Shown: piece by piece, positions 49,453 through 61,300 of the stretch
Numbering within the stretch: position 1 is the stretch's first letter
Layout of the letters: each line of letters begins with the position of its first letter
Source: Nemertoderma westbladi
Taxonomy: Eukaryota; Animalia; Xenacoelomorpha
Assembly: GCA_032718475.1 (NCBI GenBank)
Contig: JAUCBJ010001168.1
Location: 40,511-104,510 of the forward strand
Length of the DNA: 64,000 nucleotides
Direction of reading: 5' to 3'
Position numbers and translations under genes: made by a program
The notes under the pieces: model-generated
The model's input: only the letters and a program-made list of their open reading frames with translations
Told to the model about the DNA's origin: nothing
The model's database searches: none

Positions 49453-50832
49453 ATGGATAAACTCATATATAGCAGATATGACGGAGTGGATAGAAGATGG
49501 TCTTGGTATCGGGAGCGATATACTCTACTTTTACAAGCGTTTGTTGATAGCTTAATACGCGGCGACATTAGTCCAACTGCTGCGGAGGACGATGGTCGTT
49601 ATATCGAACCGACAATGTCCCAAGTGCAGCTCTCGCGAGAGTTGGACTATAGAAAATTCGCTGCTCGATATACGCAGCGTAATGGTACGTATATGGGCTT
49701 CTTAACTACTGGTCATTCTATCGATTTACACGATACGGACAATGTCGACACCAAAAGGGAAATGGTACGATTGAAATATCCTACCCAGCGGAGTCGGAAC
49801 CATAAACTGAAATTCGAATGCGAAAATTCTATTCGAAATCGACTCGAAAGAAAAGACACTAAAGAAACAAATGGACGCGGTAACTCCAACGTATATTTGG
49901 AATTCTTGATAGAAGCATTGTAACAACAAATAAATATCACCCGCGTTTCCCCTACCAGACGTGCGTCTTTGGTATTATTACGATAAATGCCCTAGACCCA
50001 GCCAATAAACGGAAAGACATAAACATCCATGGAAACGTTGTTTTAAACACAGTTGTACTCGTTATATTTACTGGAGTTTCGAGCGAAACTTGTTTGACGT
50101 ATCACCTATGCTCACTCGGCTCGAACGATCCTGGAGTAAACCTATGATCAGAGTCCCGGAATACTCGGTCGAACCTCCTCATTCCTTAGTTGGACCTCAG
50201 ACCTGCGATCCTGGTGGTGTCGCGGATCCTCGCGGACTGTATTCACTGTTCAAAGATCTAGTGCTACCCTAACAATTAATCGGTAACACTCCGACAGTGA
50301 TTTCTAGCTAGCCGCCCATCTTACCTAGCCGGATTGTGACGCGGACACCTAATATCACTATCCAACCGTATGGTCGTTCCCGTTTAACGCGATACAACCC
50401 CTCATCAAGGTGAAGGAGAGCGTTGTACGAAACGAGTTAAACGCTATTCTATGAAGATCAAAAAAGAAACCTGCGTTTGTTCAGATAAACGTAAGTTATA
50501 ACAGTAAGTCCAATCGATAAACGAATTGGCCTTATCTCAATTCGATTGAGAAATCCAGAATCTCTAAGAAGTTATCGAACTTGGACGATCCTATTCTCTG
50601 CGAGAGTTTTTGGATGAACGTATCCAGCTACGAGCGGAGGAAAATCAGCTCGAGGAGAAGCATATCGAAACGGCAGATACCTCGACCATAATCCTACACC
50701 TTCTGATGCAATCATATTGCACCCTTCACCCAGGAGTTATAGCCCTCCTTGTAAAGTGGCTCGCCCCAAAGAGAAAAAGACTCTTGCTAGCTTTAAAAAA
50801 CTGCGTAAACGCCATCTGCGCAAGAAAGACTA
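49453..50832 (+). pseudogene. Degenerate accessory ORF region of B; start and end homologous to A's accessory ORF, middle unrelated
   Basis: ERYTLLLQAFVDSLIRG...DDGRYIEP matches A; 50683-50832 matches A 30480-30630. Confidence 0.65.
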
Positions 50833-50911
50833 ACTGTTTAGAGTATTCTCGTATTTTAGAAACTGTGATTTTGTATATTTTATAGACTTAAATCCCATTT
50901 TCTGGGAGTGG

Positions 50912-52109
50912 TGTAAAAGCTTTTGTGGGATAACTGATTCGTTTGCTTTGCTAACCAGTTCCCCCCAAGGCGCTGGAATGCTCTAAAAGGGATCTCTAGC
51001 TCGAATAGTGCAAGCTACCGGCTGATTGGCTGATTTGCTGTACGAAGGGATCTGGGCTATGTTCGATCGTCCAACCAGCTTGGGAAGGTTGCCCCATAGC
51101 CCTGCTTTCTGTATCTGCCAATAGGATTTGAGTTGGTTTTGATTTTGACCAATCACAGATCTACTGAACTGAATTTCCTATCTGTATGCTCATTCTCTGT
51201 AGTGAGTGAGATCTTTGTAGAATAAGGGTAGCTGGTATTCTTATAGTTATTCTTATCAGTGTTCAGTGTTATGTTTTTGCCCAGAGCCTAAGAACCGGCT
51301 TTTGGAATATTTGTGCTTTTCTGTTTTAGCCTAACACTAGTAGGCTTAATTATAAGGACATATATCCGTTATCACTGCAAAACTCAACTAAACATAACAT
51401 ACCATACCTAATCAAACAACCTGTGCATACTTTTATATTGTTATACTGCTATTTACTGTCAGTTCTTCATAATATGGTTGATGAATTATTATATTTGGAA
51501 TAACGATAAATAACCCCGAAAACCCAATATTCTTGATATACCGAAGGTAAGAGAGAAAGGTTACATATAACGATTGTGACTTATGTTAAAGTGGTTTGAA
51601 GTGAATCTAATGTTATTTGATAGACCCTACATGATTCGGTCCGTGTTCCTTTTATATGTGACTAAAATCAGTGAAGATCGGCAGATCAGTGTGCAGTATT
51701 GTGCAGCATTGTGTATGAGTGATACTGATAACGAAGCATTTCCTAAAGAATGCGCCATATATGTGAATTATAACTAAGCCATATCGTTGTGAGTAGTTTA
51801 AGTCATAACTCTGTTTATATAGATAGAGCGCCACGTCCTAAAGGAACTGTTAATATTTCCCGAAGGTGAATAATATTGTCAGAGATTATATAATACTGTC
51901 AGTCGAATAATACATTAGGCTTACATAGCAATAAGATTAAGCCGTCGAACCCAATCTCCCGGGTATATCCAGCGGGTGAATGATCGCGCACAGATTGGTT
52001 TCGACTAGTGTAGTGAATCAAATACTTGTCATAGGCTAAAGGTGATTTATTATCTAAAAGACATCCTAATTTGGCGGGTTAAACTGCCAAAGGTCTGAAA
52101 GCGCGAACA
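50912..52109 (+). repeat. 3' LTR of element B (1198 bp)
   Basis: TGTAAAAGC...GCGCGAACA; homologous to the A LTR at both ends and in the 3' half. Confidence 0.92.
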
Positions 52110-52320
52110 GATTTAATAGAATTCTATTGTATAGCTTTGCAGCAATCGGGATCAATGAGATTCCCCGAAAAGAACCATAGAGTGTTAGGTTGCCTTTCTT
52201 GGGAACTGGCACCAACTTATTTGTTTTCATTTCTTGTGGGACTCTTGTTGTTCGGTACATGTCTACTATGATGGGATAGATGAGCTTTAAACACTCAGGT
52301 ATTTTGAAGACCTCAGGGGG
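52110..52320 (-). pseudogene. 211-bp piece of an RTE copy, the target of both B and C insertions
   Basis: Near-identical to 6954-7164. Confidence 0.92.
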
Positions 52321-55300
52321 TGTAGAATTCGTAGGAACCAAATAATATCCAACGAATCTTCGATCCACAATCTTAGTATAAACTAAAATTGCGATCTCAA
52401 ATTCCTCCAGCAAAATATATAATTTATTTCGAAATAAAATCCCCCGCCAGGGAAAACTAATTATCGATCGCAAGCAAAGGAAAAACGCTGGTCCAGGACT
52501 TCAATGTAATAGCACCTGTTACTATCACCTTTATAATTTACAGTAAGTGTAGATGCGAAATATCTATTTCATAAGCCGAAAAATCCTGACTACAGATTGT
52601 TACCGCATTAAAATATAAACCTAAATTTAAAATAGGCCAGAAATGTTTGAGACTCACCAGGATTCCATCCCTCCTTAGAAAACCGATTTTACAGTTCTAG
52701 AATGAATGATCTGTACTGTAACTACACTCTCGTTCTAGAATAGTACAAATTATCTAAGTATAATTTTCTTATCTATAGGTTATGCCCAATGGCTAAACTT
52801 GGCACATATTTCAAATATCCCGTAGTTTTCTAAATGGACCAATGAAGGATGATACCTAACTAACCCAAAACATTTGCCCCGAAAACGTACACAAGCAAGA
52901 CCTATTTTTACTCGCGTATCCCCCCAATTTAGCTTAATCTCCGATTGACTTGCGGTATATAATTTATTTACAAACAAGTCAGGTTCAAAACGGGAAATAC
53001 AACTAAATTTATTCATTCCTTCCCAATTTATTATACTGTTACCTATGAAGCAGTACTATATCTTTAGGACGTATTGAAACCCATTTAGCCCCCCAAAACC
53101 GATCTGTTAGCCCAAAATAAGCCCCATACTTCCCTTGACTATTTCCAATGTGCGTTGAGGCGTCTCATCCCTTCGCCAAATTACCCTATACGCCCCAACA
53201 TGGCCGCTGTAAGCTGTAGCGTTTCCAAAACATTAATCCATTTAAACATTTAAACCGACTTTCAAATATAATATAATTTAGGACATATTATTATTACAAG
53301 GACAATTTCTATACTAATATACGCAAAACATATTGCTCAAAATCAAAACTAATATAAAATGACAAGAAATTAACTAAGGAAGAATCAAACTAGAATTGAG
53401 TTGAGATAATAATGGGATTTGGGCCCCAAAACTAATATATAAACTCACAATTTCTATTGAGCTGAGGTTAGCTGCAATGTATTACTACGGGTAATGCTTA
53501 GAGGACATTGCTGCTCGCTCCTCATTGGGCCAGCACACAGAAAACGCTCCACTCATATGGCGTGGTTTATATAACAGCTGCCAGGCCTAAAGCCATTAAC
53601 AGGTAGTTGTCAACTTCTATTTAAAATACTAATAAAGGTACTCTAAATTTAATGTAGATTACTTAGCAACCCTTAACAACAATAACTTTACTTGCAAATA
53701 GAAATAACTGGTTGATTCACCGCAATGATATGCAAAAATGGACCATAATAACTAAATCATCTATCTAAAATACAAAATATAAGTTTAATTTATATTTCAA
53801 AAACTTGTTTATTAATATAGATATTAAAAAATTTGAAATTTAGTAGCCATAGCATTTTATACCGCTCCTAAACGTTATCGTCTAAAGGGTAACGTTTACA
53901 AACACCGGCATAACGTAGTTTCTAATGTCTCACAATTATACTTCTATAAACTAAAATAGACACATATTAATACTCAAATAAAGATTGAATAATGCACAAT
54001 ACGCAAAATTAGCAAATAAAACATTCTTCATACATTTTGTGTAACTAGTATTATTTATCCATCATTGAATAGAAAATATCTTAGCAATAAATTTCTTCCA
54101 GCCGAGAAACCTCCATATAACAGTAACAAAATTACTTGCGTACTAATGCTTACCAAATATTTATATTTACAAAAAAAAAACAATATTAATTTCGCTTACC
54201 ATTATCGTTTCACAATAAATTTCCATTATTATAATGAGTTTAATCTTTTACATAAATACGAAAGATTCTTCGATCGAATAATACAAATTAAATCAATTTC
54301 CATATTAAATTAAATATAAATTGAGTAAGTAGGACAATTAATCAGTGACTGTCTTTCAATCACAAATATAACACGATAATAATTTGCAGCAACATACTGT
54401 AGTTGCTCCGTGTGAAGGGACTTTATAATATACTAAATAATAGCTAAACTAGAACATTTTAATAGCTAATATTATTAATTCAACTCAAGGGAACAAATTC
54501 AAGTCTATATCCCCTTCAATACGATATTGCTTTACCTCTTCCATCTCCGGGTTATCAAAGTCTACGATACTGAAACTACGAGTGGCTCCAACTAATTCAG
54601 CGGGAACTACTCGACCTCTTCCCCTTCCTTTGGTTTTCCAAACTCTAAAATCGGTAAATCTAGAAGTCTTCAGATGGGCGCGAATATCCATCGACCTCGG
54701 ATTTACCCACGGGTAGATTAGACGAAGTTTCTAGACGAATTCGACCGGAAAACGTCTCAATCCAATCTTCACGGCGATTAATGATAGTTACAGTTGTGAC
54801 CTCAGCGATGTCACAACTCGTCGCAGCGATGTCACAACTCGTCGCAGTATAATGCTGTGAGGTGCGAATTCTCTATATTAGGGGTTTATGAACACCTCTT
54901 TTGTATCGGGTTCGTCGCGGGGTTCGGGAGGAATTTCCAGCTGCTTAAATAGAACTTAACAACCTATTAGGTAGGCCAAGTTTCAATATATCGGATTAAT
55001 ACCAATTTCCTTTTAATATCAGTATAAATACCTATTTAAATTTTCAAATTTATTTTTTTTTTTTCGAGAGTAAACTTGCCGCGAATAAATTCGCTTTTAA
55101 TAATTCCAAAACTACGCCCAATGAATATGATTGCACAAACTGATGTATGAAATATGAATTAATATAATGAAATGAATATAACATTCAAAATTAAACAGAA
55201 TGAAAATGAAAATTAGGAACTGTAAATGAAAATGAAAATGGAAATGGAAATAGTCAAGGTATGAACTATGAAGTTGAATCAGATGAAAATAATTTGCCTA

Positions 55301-58300
55301 TCTGGGTTCACGCACTGAACAGCTTAACGTTTCTTTGCCAGTTGTATCGCTAATCCAATGTACTCGTGAGATTTGTGATAAAATATCTTGAACTTTTCAA
55401 AATTATTTTAATTTCGTTCCCACAACTACATATATTTTTATTAAAAACCATTTGTTTTGCGACATTTACGTAATAATTGCTGTCTCTCTTCCTTGTTATA
55501 ATTTTTTAAAACAAAACATTTTTCTGTGTAGTGGATGTGTAACTAAGTCGCCAATAATCCGCTCCCAAACGTTATCGGCTAAAAGGTAACGTTTACAAAC
55601 ACCGAATTTACACCCACTATTAAAACTCCAACATTTTATAATATTGTACCTACTTTGTAGACTGTCTGTTTTTTACCATGAGACCTCTTCAAGACCTTGT
55701 AGTCTCCAGTTTCATCTCGAGAAGTTTCTAGTAAGACCAGTTGTTGAACTGGTCGGATAATAACATGTTGATCTAATGTGCGTACAGAAACAGTCATCAC
55801 GCTGCCGTCGGCTGCTGGGTGTGTTTTTACGACCACACCTGTAACCCAATGACGACGCTTCAGATTAGCCTCGGCTAATAATACGTAATCTCCCTTGCAT
55901 AGGTTACGCGTATTGTGATACCACTTAGATCTTGCTGAAATTGTTGGGAGGTAATATTTTCGCCAACAGTTCCAGAATGTATCTGCCAAAAGTTGGGTTA
56001 TCTTCCAACTCTTGCGGCAGTAAATGTCGTCGTCCTCAGGGATGGAAATAGGAACTAAATTGGCTGGAGCTTGCATTAACACATGGTTCGGAGTTAAAGC
56101 AATGACATTGTCATTTTTGTCTGTCACTAAAGCGATAGGTCTGGAGTTAAGTATGGCCTCAATTTCTATAAAGAGGGTAACTAATTCGTCGTCGTTGAGT
56201 GTTTTATTCTCCGGTATAGTCTTATGCATGGCCAGTTTTATTGAGCGTATTAGACGCTCCCAGCTACCGCCCCTCCATGGGCTGTCTGGTGGGTTAAATC
56301 TCCATGCAATGCGTCGAGGTAGCAACTCTTTCTCAATCTGCTCGTTATCGATTTTGTTCAACGATCTATTTATTTCATTGTTTCCACCAACAAAGTTTGA
56401 CCCTTTGTCAGAATAGAATGCCTTGACCAATCCTCGTCTACCAATAAATCTACGTAATGCTAATATGAATGAGTTGGTAGACATGTCGGCTACTCGCTCT
56501 ATATGTATGGCTCGACTCGCCATACATATAAAAATAACTCCCCACCTCTTTATCATACTGCGACCCCTTTTTGTTTCGATGGGACCAAAACAGTCTAGGC
56601 CAGTGTGTGTGAATGGTGGTTGATGGCTCTGTACGCGCGCTAATGGTAAGTCACTCATCTCCTGTTTCCCAACTCTGGCTTGTAGTTTCTTACAAGTTAT
56701 ACAATGATCTAGTACAGACTTGAGTGCGTTATTTGGTTTCAATAACACAAAACGCTGTCTTACCTGCGACAAACAATGAGATCTACCAGAGTGTTTGAGT
56801 TTCATGTGAGCATCGAGAATCATTGAACTCTGTAGTTCCAAATGGTGTGGAATTATGATTGGATACAAGTAATCAGTTCTTAGATCTGCCGCTTGGAGGC
56901 GGGATTTGTGGCAAATAAGACCTCTATGAATAGTGGGACTCCACTTTGTAAGGGGTGATGACGTCACAGGTCGTCTACTAGCGATTAACTGATATTCGCG
57001 ACTAAATTCACGTTGCTGAAAATGTTTGATTATATCCAATTCCGATCTGTCTACTTCCTCTATACTCAATCGTTTAACAAATGTTTTATGTTTACTTAGG
57101 TATGCTTGTCTGTCAGCTAGAAAAATTACATAACGGCGTAACCAGGCCATCTTACGACAAGCGTCTGTCCAAGAAGATGTGGGATTAATTATCTGATCGT
57201 AGACCCATCTTTTTGTGTCTGCAGGAAGGTCTATCGGCCGAGGTATTACTTTAGATTTATCTGGTTCCAAAATACCACTCTCATCTTTATTTTTCTGGTG
57301 TTTACTTACCAGATCTACATTTGGATTAACTTCCAAAGGTTGTCCACCATCGAAATTTAGTTTCTTCTTGTCTATAGTATTTATATTAATTTCTGTAGGT
57401 TCAATATTTCTACTTGGATCATCTATATGAATGTTAAGATCTACTGGAGTGGCGGTGGGTACATTTGGTGTAAGCTGTACCGAGTTGTTTAGGTCTATTA
57501 TTACTGAGGGGAGGTCGTTATCCATTAATGGTCGGTTTCGTAACCTGCCACGCCAAAGATCATTTGGGGTAGTTTGCATAAAACAACTCTGCTCTAACCC
57601 TTTATCTAAAATGTTGTCCATCTCTAAGTCTACAACTGTTTCTTTCTTTGTTACTATTCCTGTTTCCCGACTGAGAAAATCTGCTGAAGCCTTAGCTTTA
57701 GATTTTGTAATCTTCTCGACCTTGATCTCAGCATCATTGGGTAGGGTGCCCGATTGGCAGTCGAAAATACGTGGCCAATAATCGATTGGTCTTGACAAGA
57801 AAACTGGACCATGTAACCAAAATTCTCTAACATCCGATTGTACAAAATCTCTTGGCATCATACCTCGAGACGCCATATCCGCTGGGTTTATATTGCCAGG
57901 ACAGTGTCTCCAGTCTTCTTTGAGTGATGAGTCAAGAATCTCTGCCGTTCTATTTGTTATAAAAGTCTTAAACTGAACGTCATCTCTATTTATATAGATC
58001 AGTACTAGCGTCGCGTCAGTCCAAAAAAATGTCTTCAAGTTAGTGTCCAACTCTCGCTTGATTGTCCTGGCGACTCCTACTGATATAGTGGCAGCTTGTA
58101 ACTCGGCTCTAGGGTTGTTCATATATTTTGTAGGTCGAGTTTTTGCTCTAGAGTTAACGAATGAGGTTTCGAAAACTCCAGGGTTTACCTCTCTTCTAAT
58201 ATATGCTACCATACCTAGTCCGTTTTCGCTTGCATCACTAAAACAGTGAAGCTCTAAAGTAGATGGAAATGTGGCTTGTCTGGGGAAGTAAACTCTGGGA

Positions 58301-61300
58301 ATGTTCAAATTCCTTAGTTCGGGTAACTGATCCTCCCACTTTCGCCACTCTATTGCCACATTTGAATCGATTGGCTCATCCCACTGTACTCCACTCATCC
58401 AGATTTTACGTAGGTAAATCCTCGCTTGGAGTACAACAGGACTTATAAAACATAGCGGGTCAAATAATCGACTCATTGTTGATAAACAGATGCGCTTGGT
58501 GAGCATCTTGTTTTGTGACAAGGTTCGAACACGTACCTGAAAATTATCAGTATTTGGATCCCACACAAGACCAAGTACCTTAGCAACTGGAATAGGATCT
58601 GATCCCAACTCAATCGGACCGCTCCCACGATCTTCGACCGGGAAAGAGGCTAATAGTTCAGGTGAATTCGACTTGAACTTGGTCAGTCGAAATCCTCCAG
58701 TTGCTAAGCATTTCTGTAGTCCATGTGCGATCTCTATTCCATTGTCTACGGAATCACAACTCACCAGTCCATCATCCATGTAAAAATCTCTAATCACGGC
58801 TAAGATAACAGCGTAATTAAAATTACCTATCTGTTTCTTTGCACACTGTTTCATAACGTATAAGCACCCATTTGGACTGTCACGGGCCCCAAATATTCTT
58901 ACCAACATTTGGTAAATCACTGGGTCTCCTGATAAGTCTTCATTGGGATACCATAAAAACCGTAAGCTGTCCCGGTCGCATTCTAATGCCTGTACCTGGT
59001 GGAACATGGCTTCCACATCACACGTGAATGCCACAGTGTTCTGTCGAAACCGCATTAGTATGCCAATCAATGAATTATTCTGATTTGGGCCGTCCATCAA
59101 TTCTGTATTAAGTGACTGTCCTAAGTATAGTAAACTACAGTCGTTTACTACTCTTACCTGTCCAGGTTTTTCGGGATGTGTCACGTAATGGTGAGGTAAA
59201 TAGTAGGTCTGATCTGTAGTAATCTCAGGATGCTCCATTTTCCTTGCATATCCATTTTCTAAATATTTATTTATTTGTGTACGGTATTGTTGATGTACCG
59301 TCTCGTTCCTTAGGAGGCGCTGTCTAACTGATTTGAGTCGTTTCAATGCTAGTGAATAATTGTTTTTCAACTTGGGCCTTTCATTCCGCCACAGCATGCC
59401 AACTTCAAAGTGTCCGTTTGGAAGCTTCTTGAGAGTTTTGTCCATGATGTCTAAAGACCTTCTTTCATTGGCAGACATAGAGAGGTCGTAACTATTTGGC
59501 TCAACTGCATCTTGTTCTAACCAGTTTAAAGTTTTGAGGTCCATTTGTCTATCTATTTCAATTAAATCGTAAGCTTCTCTCAATGCTTCTTCTTCTATCT
59601 GATTGCTGTCAATACATTTTAATGCGTTTTGTCTGGTCAATACATTGCAATTTGCAAAAAACGATGTAGTCTCTACATATTCGCTAGATCCAGGCTCTAT
59701 ACTTATAGGTTTGTTTTGGTCTGCAGTGAAATCCACATCGTGGTATTGTTCTGGATAGTTAAAACGGAAGATGCCATCCATTTTCCTAGAGTCGGTAGAG
59801 CTAATTTCACTGATGCAAAACTCACTTTCTAAATCACTTGGTTCACTTACCTCCGATTTGGTATCAGTTACTAAGATTCCAACTTCCTTGCTAGGCAACA
59901 TATTACACATAGCGACGTCGTTGTTGTAACTACTCCATTTATTTGGAAACCTAGTATACCACCCTAATATTGTTCTGTTTGCATATGGTTCACCAGGCAT
60001 AAATTCTACAGGTCTAGTTTCCCAAACCTGATGGGCTGTGAATATATCGGTTCCAATGATCATCGCAATATTGCGATAATTTACTCTACATTCTGGAATA
60101 TCTAACTGTGAAATATATTCTCTTTCAAATTTGTTTGGTAAGGATACCGATCCTAATAATTGTGTAAAATCTCTTATAGCTGCAAACTGAACGTCCTGCA
60201 ATGGAAGATAATTGAGTTCCCTGGCGCTATGGTGTTGTCTAGGTAACAGTGAGTCCAATGTTAGCGTCACATGTTTAATCGATACTAATTTCCTACCATG
60301 AAGAGACCCGATGTCCATCATATCTGATCTTGCATTTCGGATATTTGTTACCACACTGGCAATTTCTTCATCCACATAACTATGACTAGAAGCCGGATCC
60401 ATAAGGCAATATATCCGTTTTGATCCTAACTCACCACTAATTCTGATCGGAACCACACTGAACGAACTTGTTTGTGCTCGAGTAAGAAATGTAGCATTGT
60501 GAGTGGTATCACATTCAGAGACACCAGTCCCAACATCACTTGGTACACCTAAATATCCTTCTTCGCACGAAGATCCAGATTGATTATCATACTCATCAGG
60601 TCCTATTCCAGTAAATGTCACATTTCTATTTGGCTCGGTTGAAGTTATAATCTTGTAGTTGGGATGTTCAGCTAGGTATTGTTTAGTAGGGGTATGCTGT
60701 CGAGTATGTAGGAGTCTGTGGTGCAGTCTGCCACAGTCTGGACACCCCTTCGTTGTAGCACTAGCTGTGCATGCTCTACGTTTGTGACCCGCACCTAGGC
60801 ACTTCCAACAAGCATCTAAACTTCTAATTGCCAAACGACGTTTTTCGACATCTAGTTTACAGAATAGATTACAATTGCCCAATTTGTGATCGTTGTATTT
60901 CTGAAATTGTTGGTGACAATATTGGCACCCTCTAAAATCTGCCGATAATGTCTGAGATTGTGCTGGAATTGATCCTATGGGTGCAGCTACCTTGAGTGTG
61001 TCGTCTCTAGTGCTTCCCAGAGAGTTATAAGTCCTAGGTTGTTCTGCTGAGAAAGCCACTTTCGATTTTAAAACTGAAACTTTCTGATCTCTGTGCAAAT
61101 ATTCTTCAGAATAGTTAGACCGCAGCTCAGACTCTGCTTCTATCTTTATAATGTCGTAGATATGTTTCAAAGACACCTTTTCTCCTCTGTCCTCAATCTT
61201 ACTCTCTAACTTTCTCCACTTCTGACGGTGTCTAATACTAAGCCGCTTAACTACTTCTTTTAGTATGTCTGGCCTCTCACCATAAGACTCGCATCCAAGT

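Larger units (their letters stand above)
37085..52109 (+). mobile_element. BEL/Pao LTR retrotransposon B (relative of A; 5' LTR truncated to 37085-37402, 3' LTR 50912-52109)
   Basis: 37085-37402 matches the last ~318 bp of the 3' LTR. Domain order gag-PR-RT-RH-IN. PPT GGGAGTGG before 50912. Confidence 0.93.

Noticed and set aside
52066-52473. 135-aa ORF as a gene
   Set aside because: Chance chimera spanning C's LTR end, the RTE fragment and B's LTR end.
53571-53581. GCAGCTGTTAT (minus strand) as the self-primer of element C
   Set aside because: It ends in GTTAT like the A/B 11-mers, but C's PBS is outside the window and its position relative to the CCAAT box differs, so it cannot be tested here.
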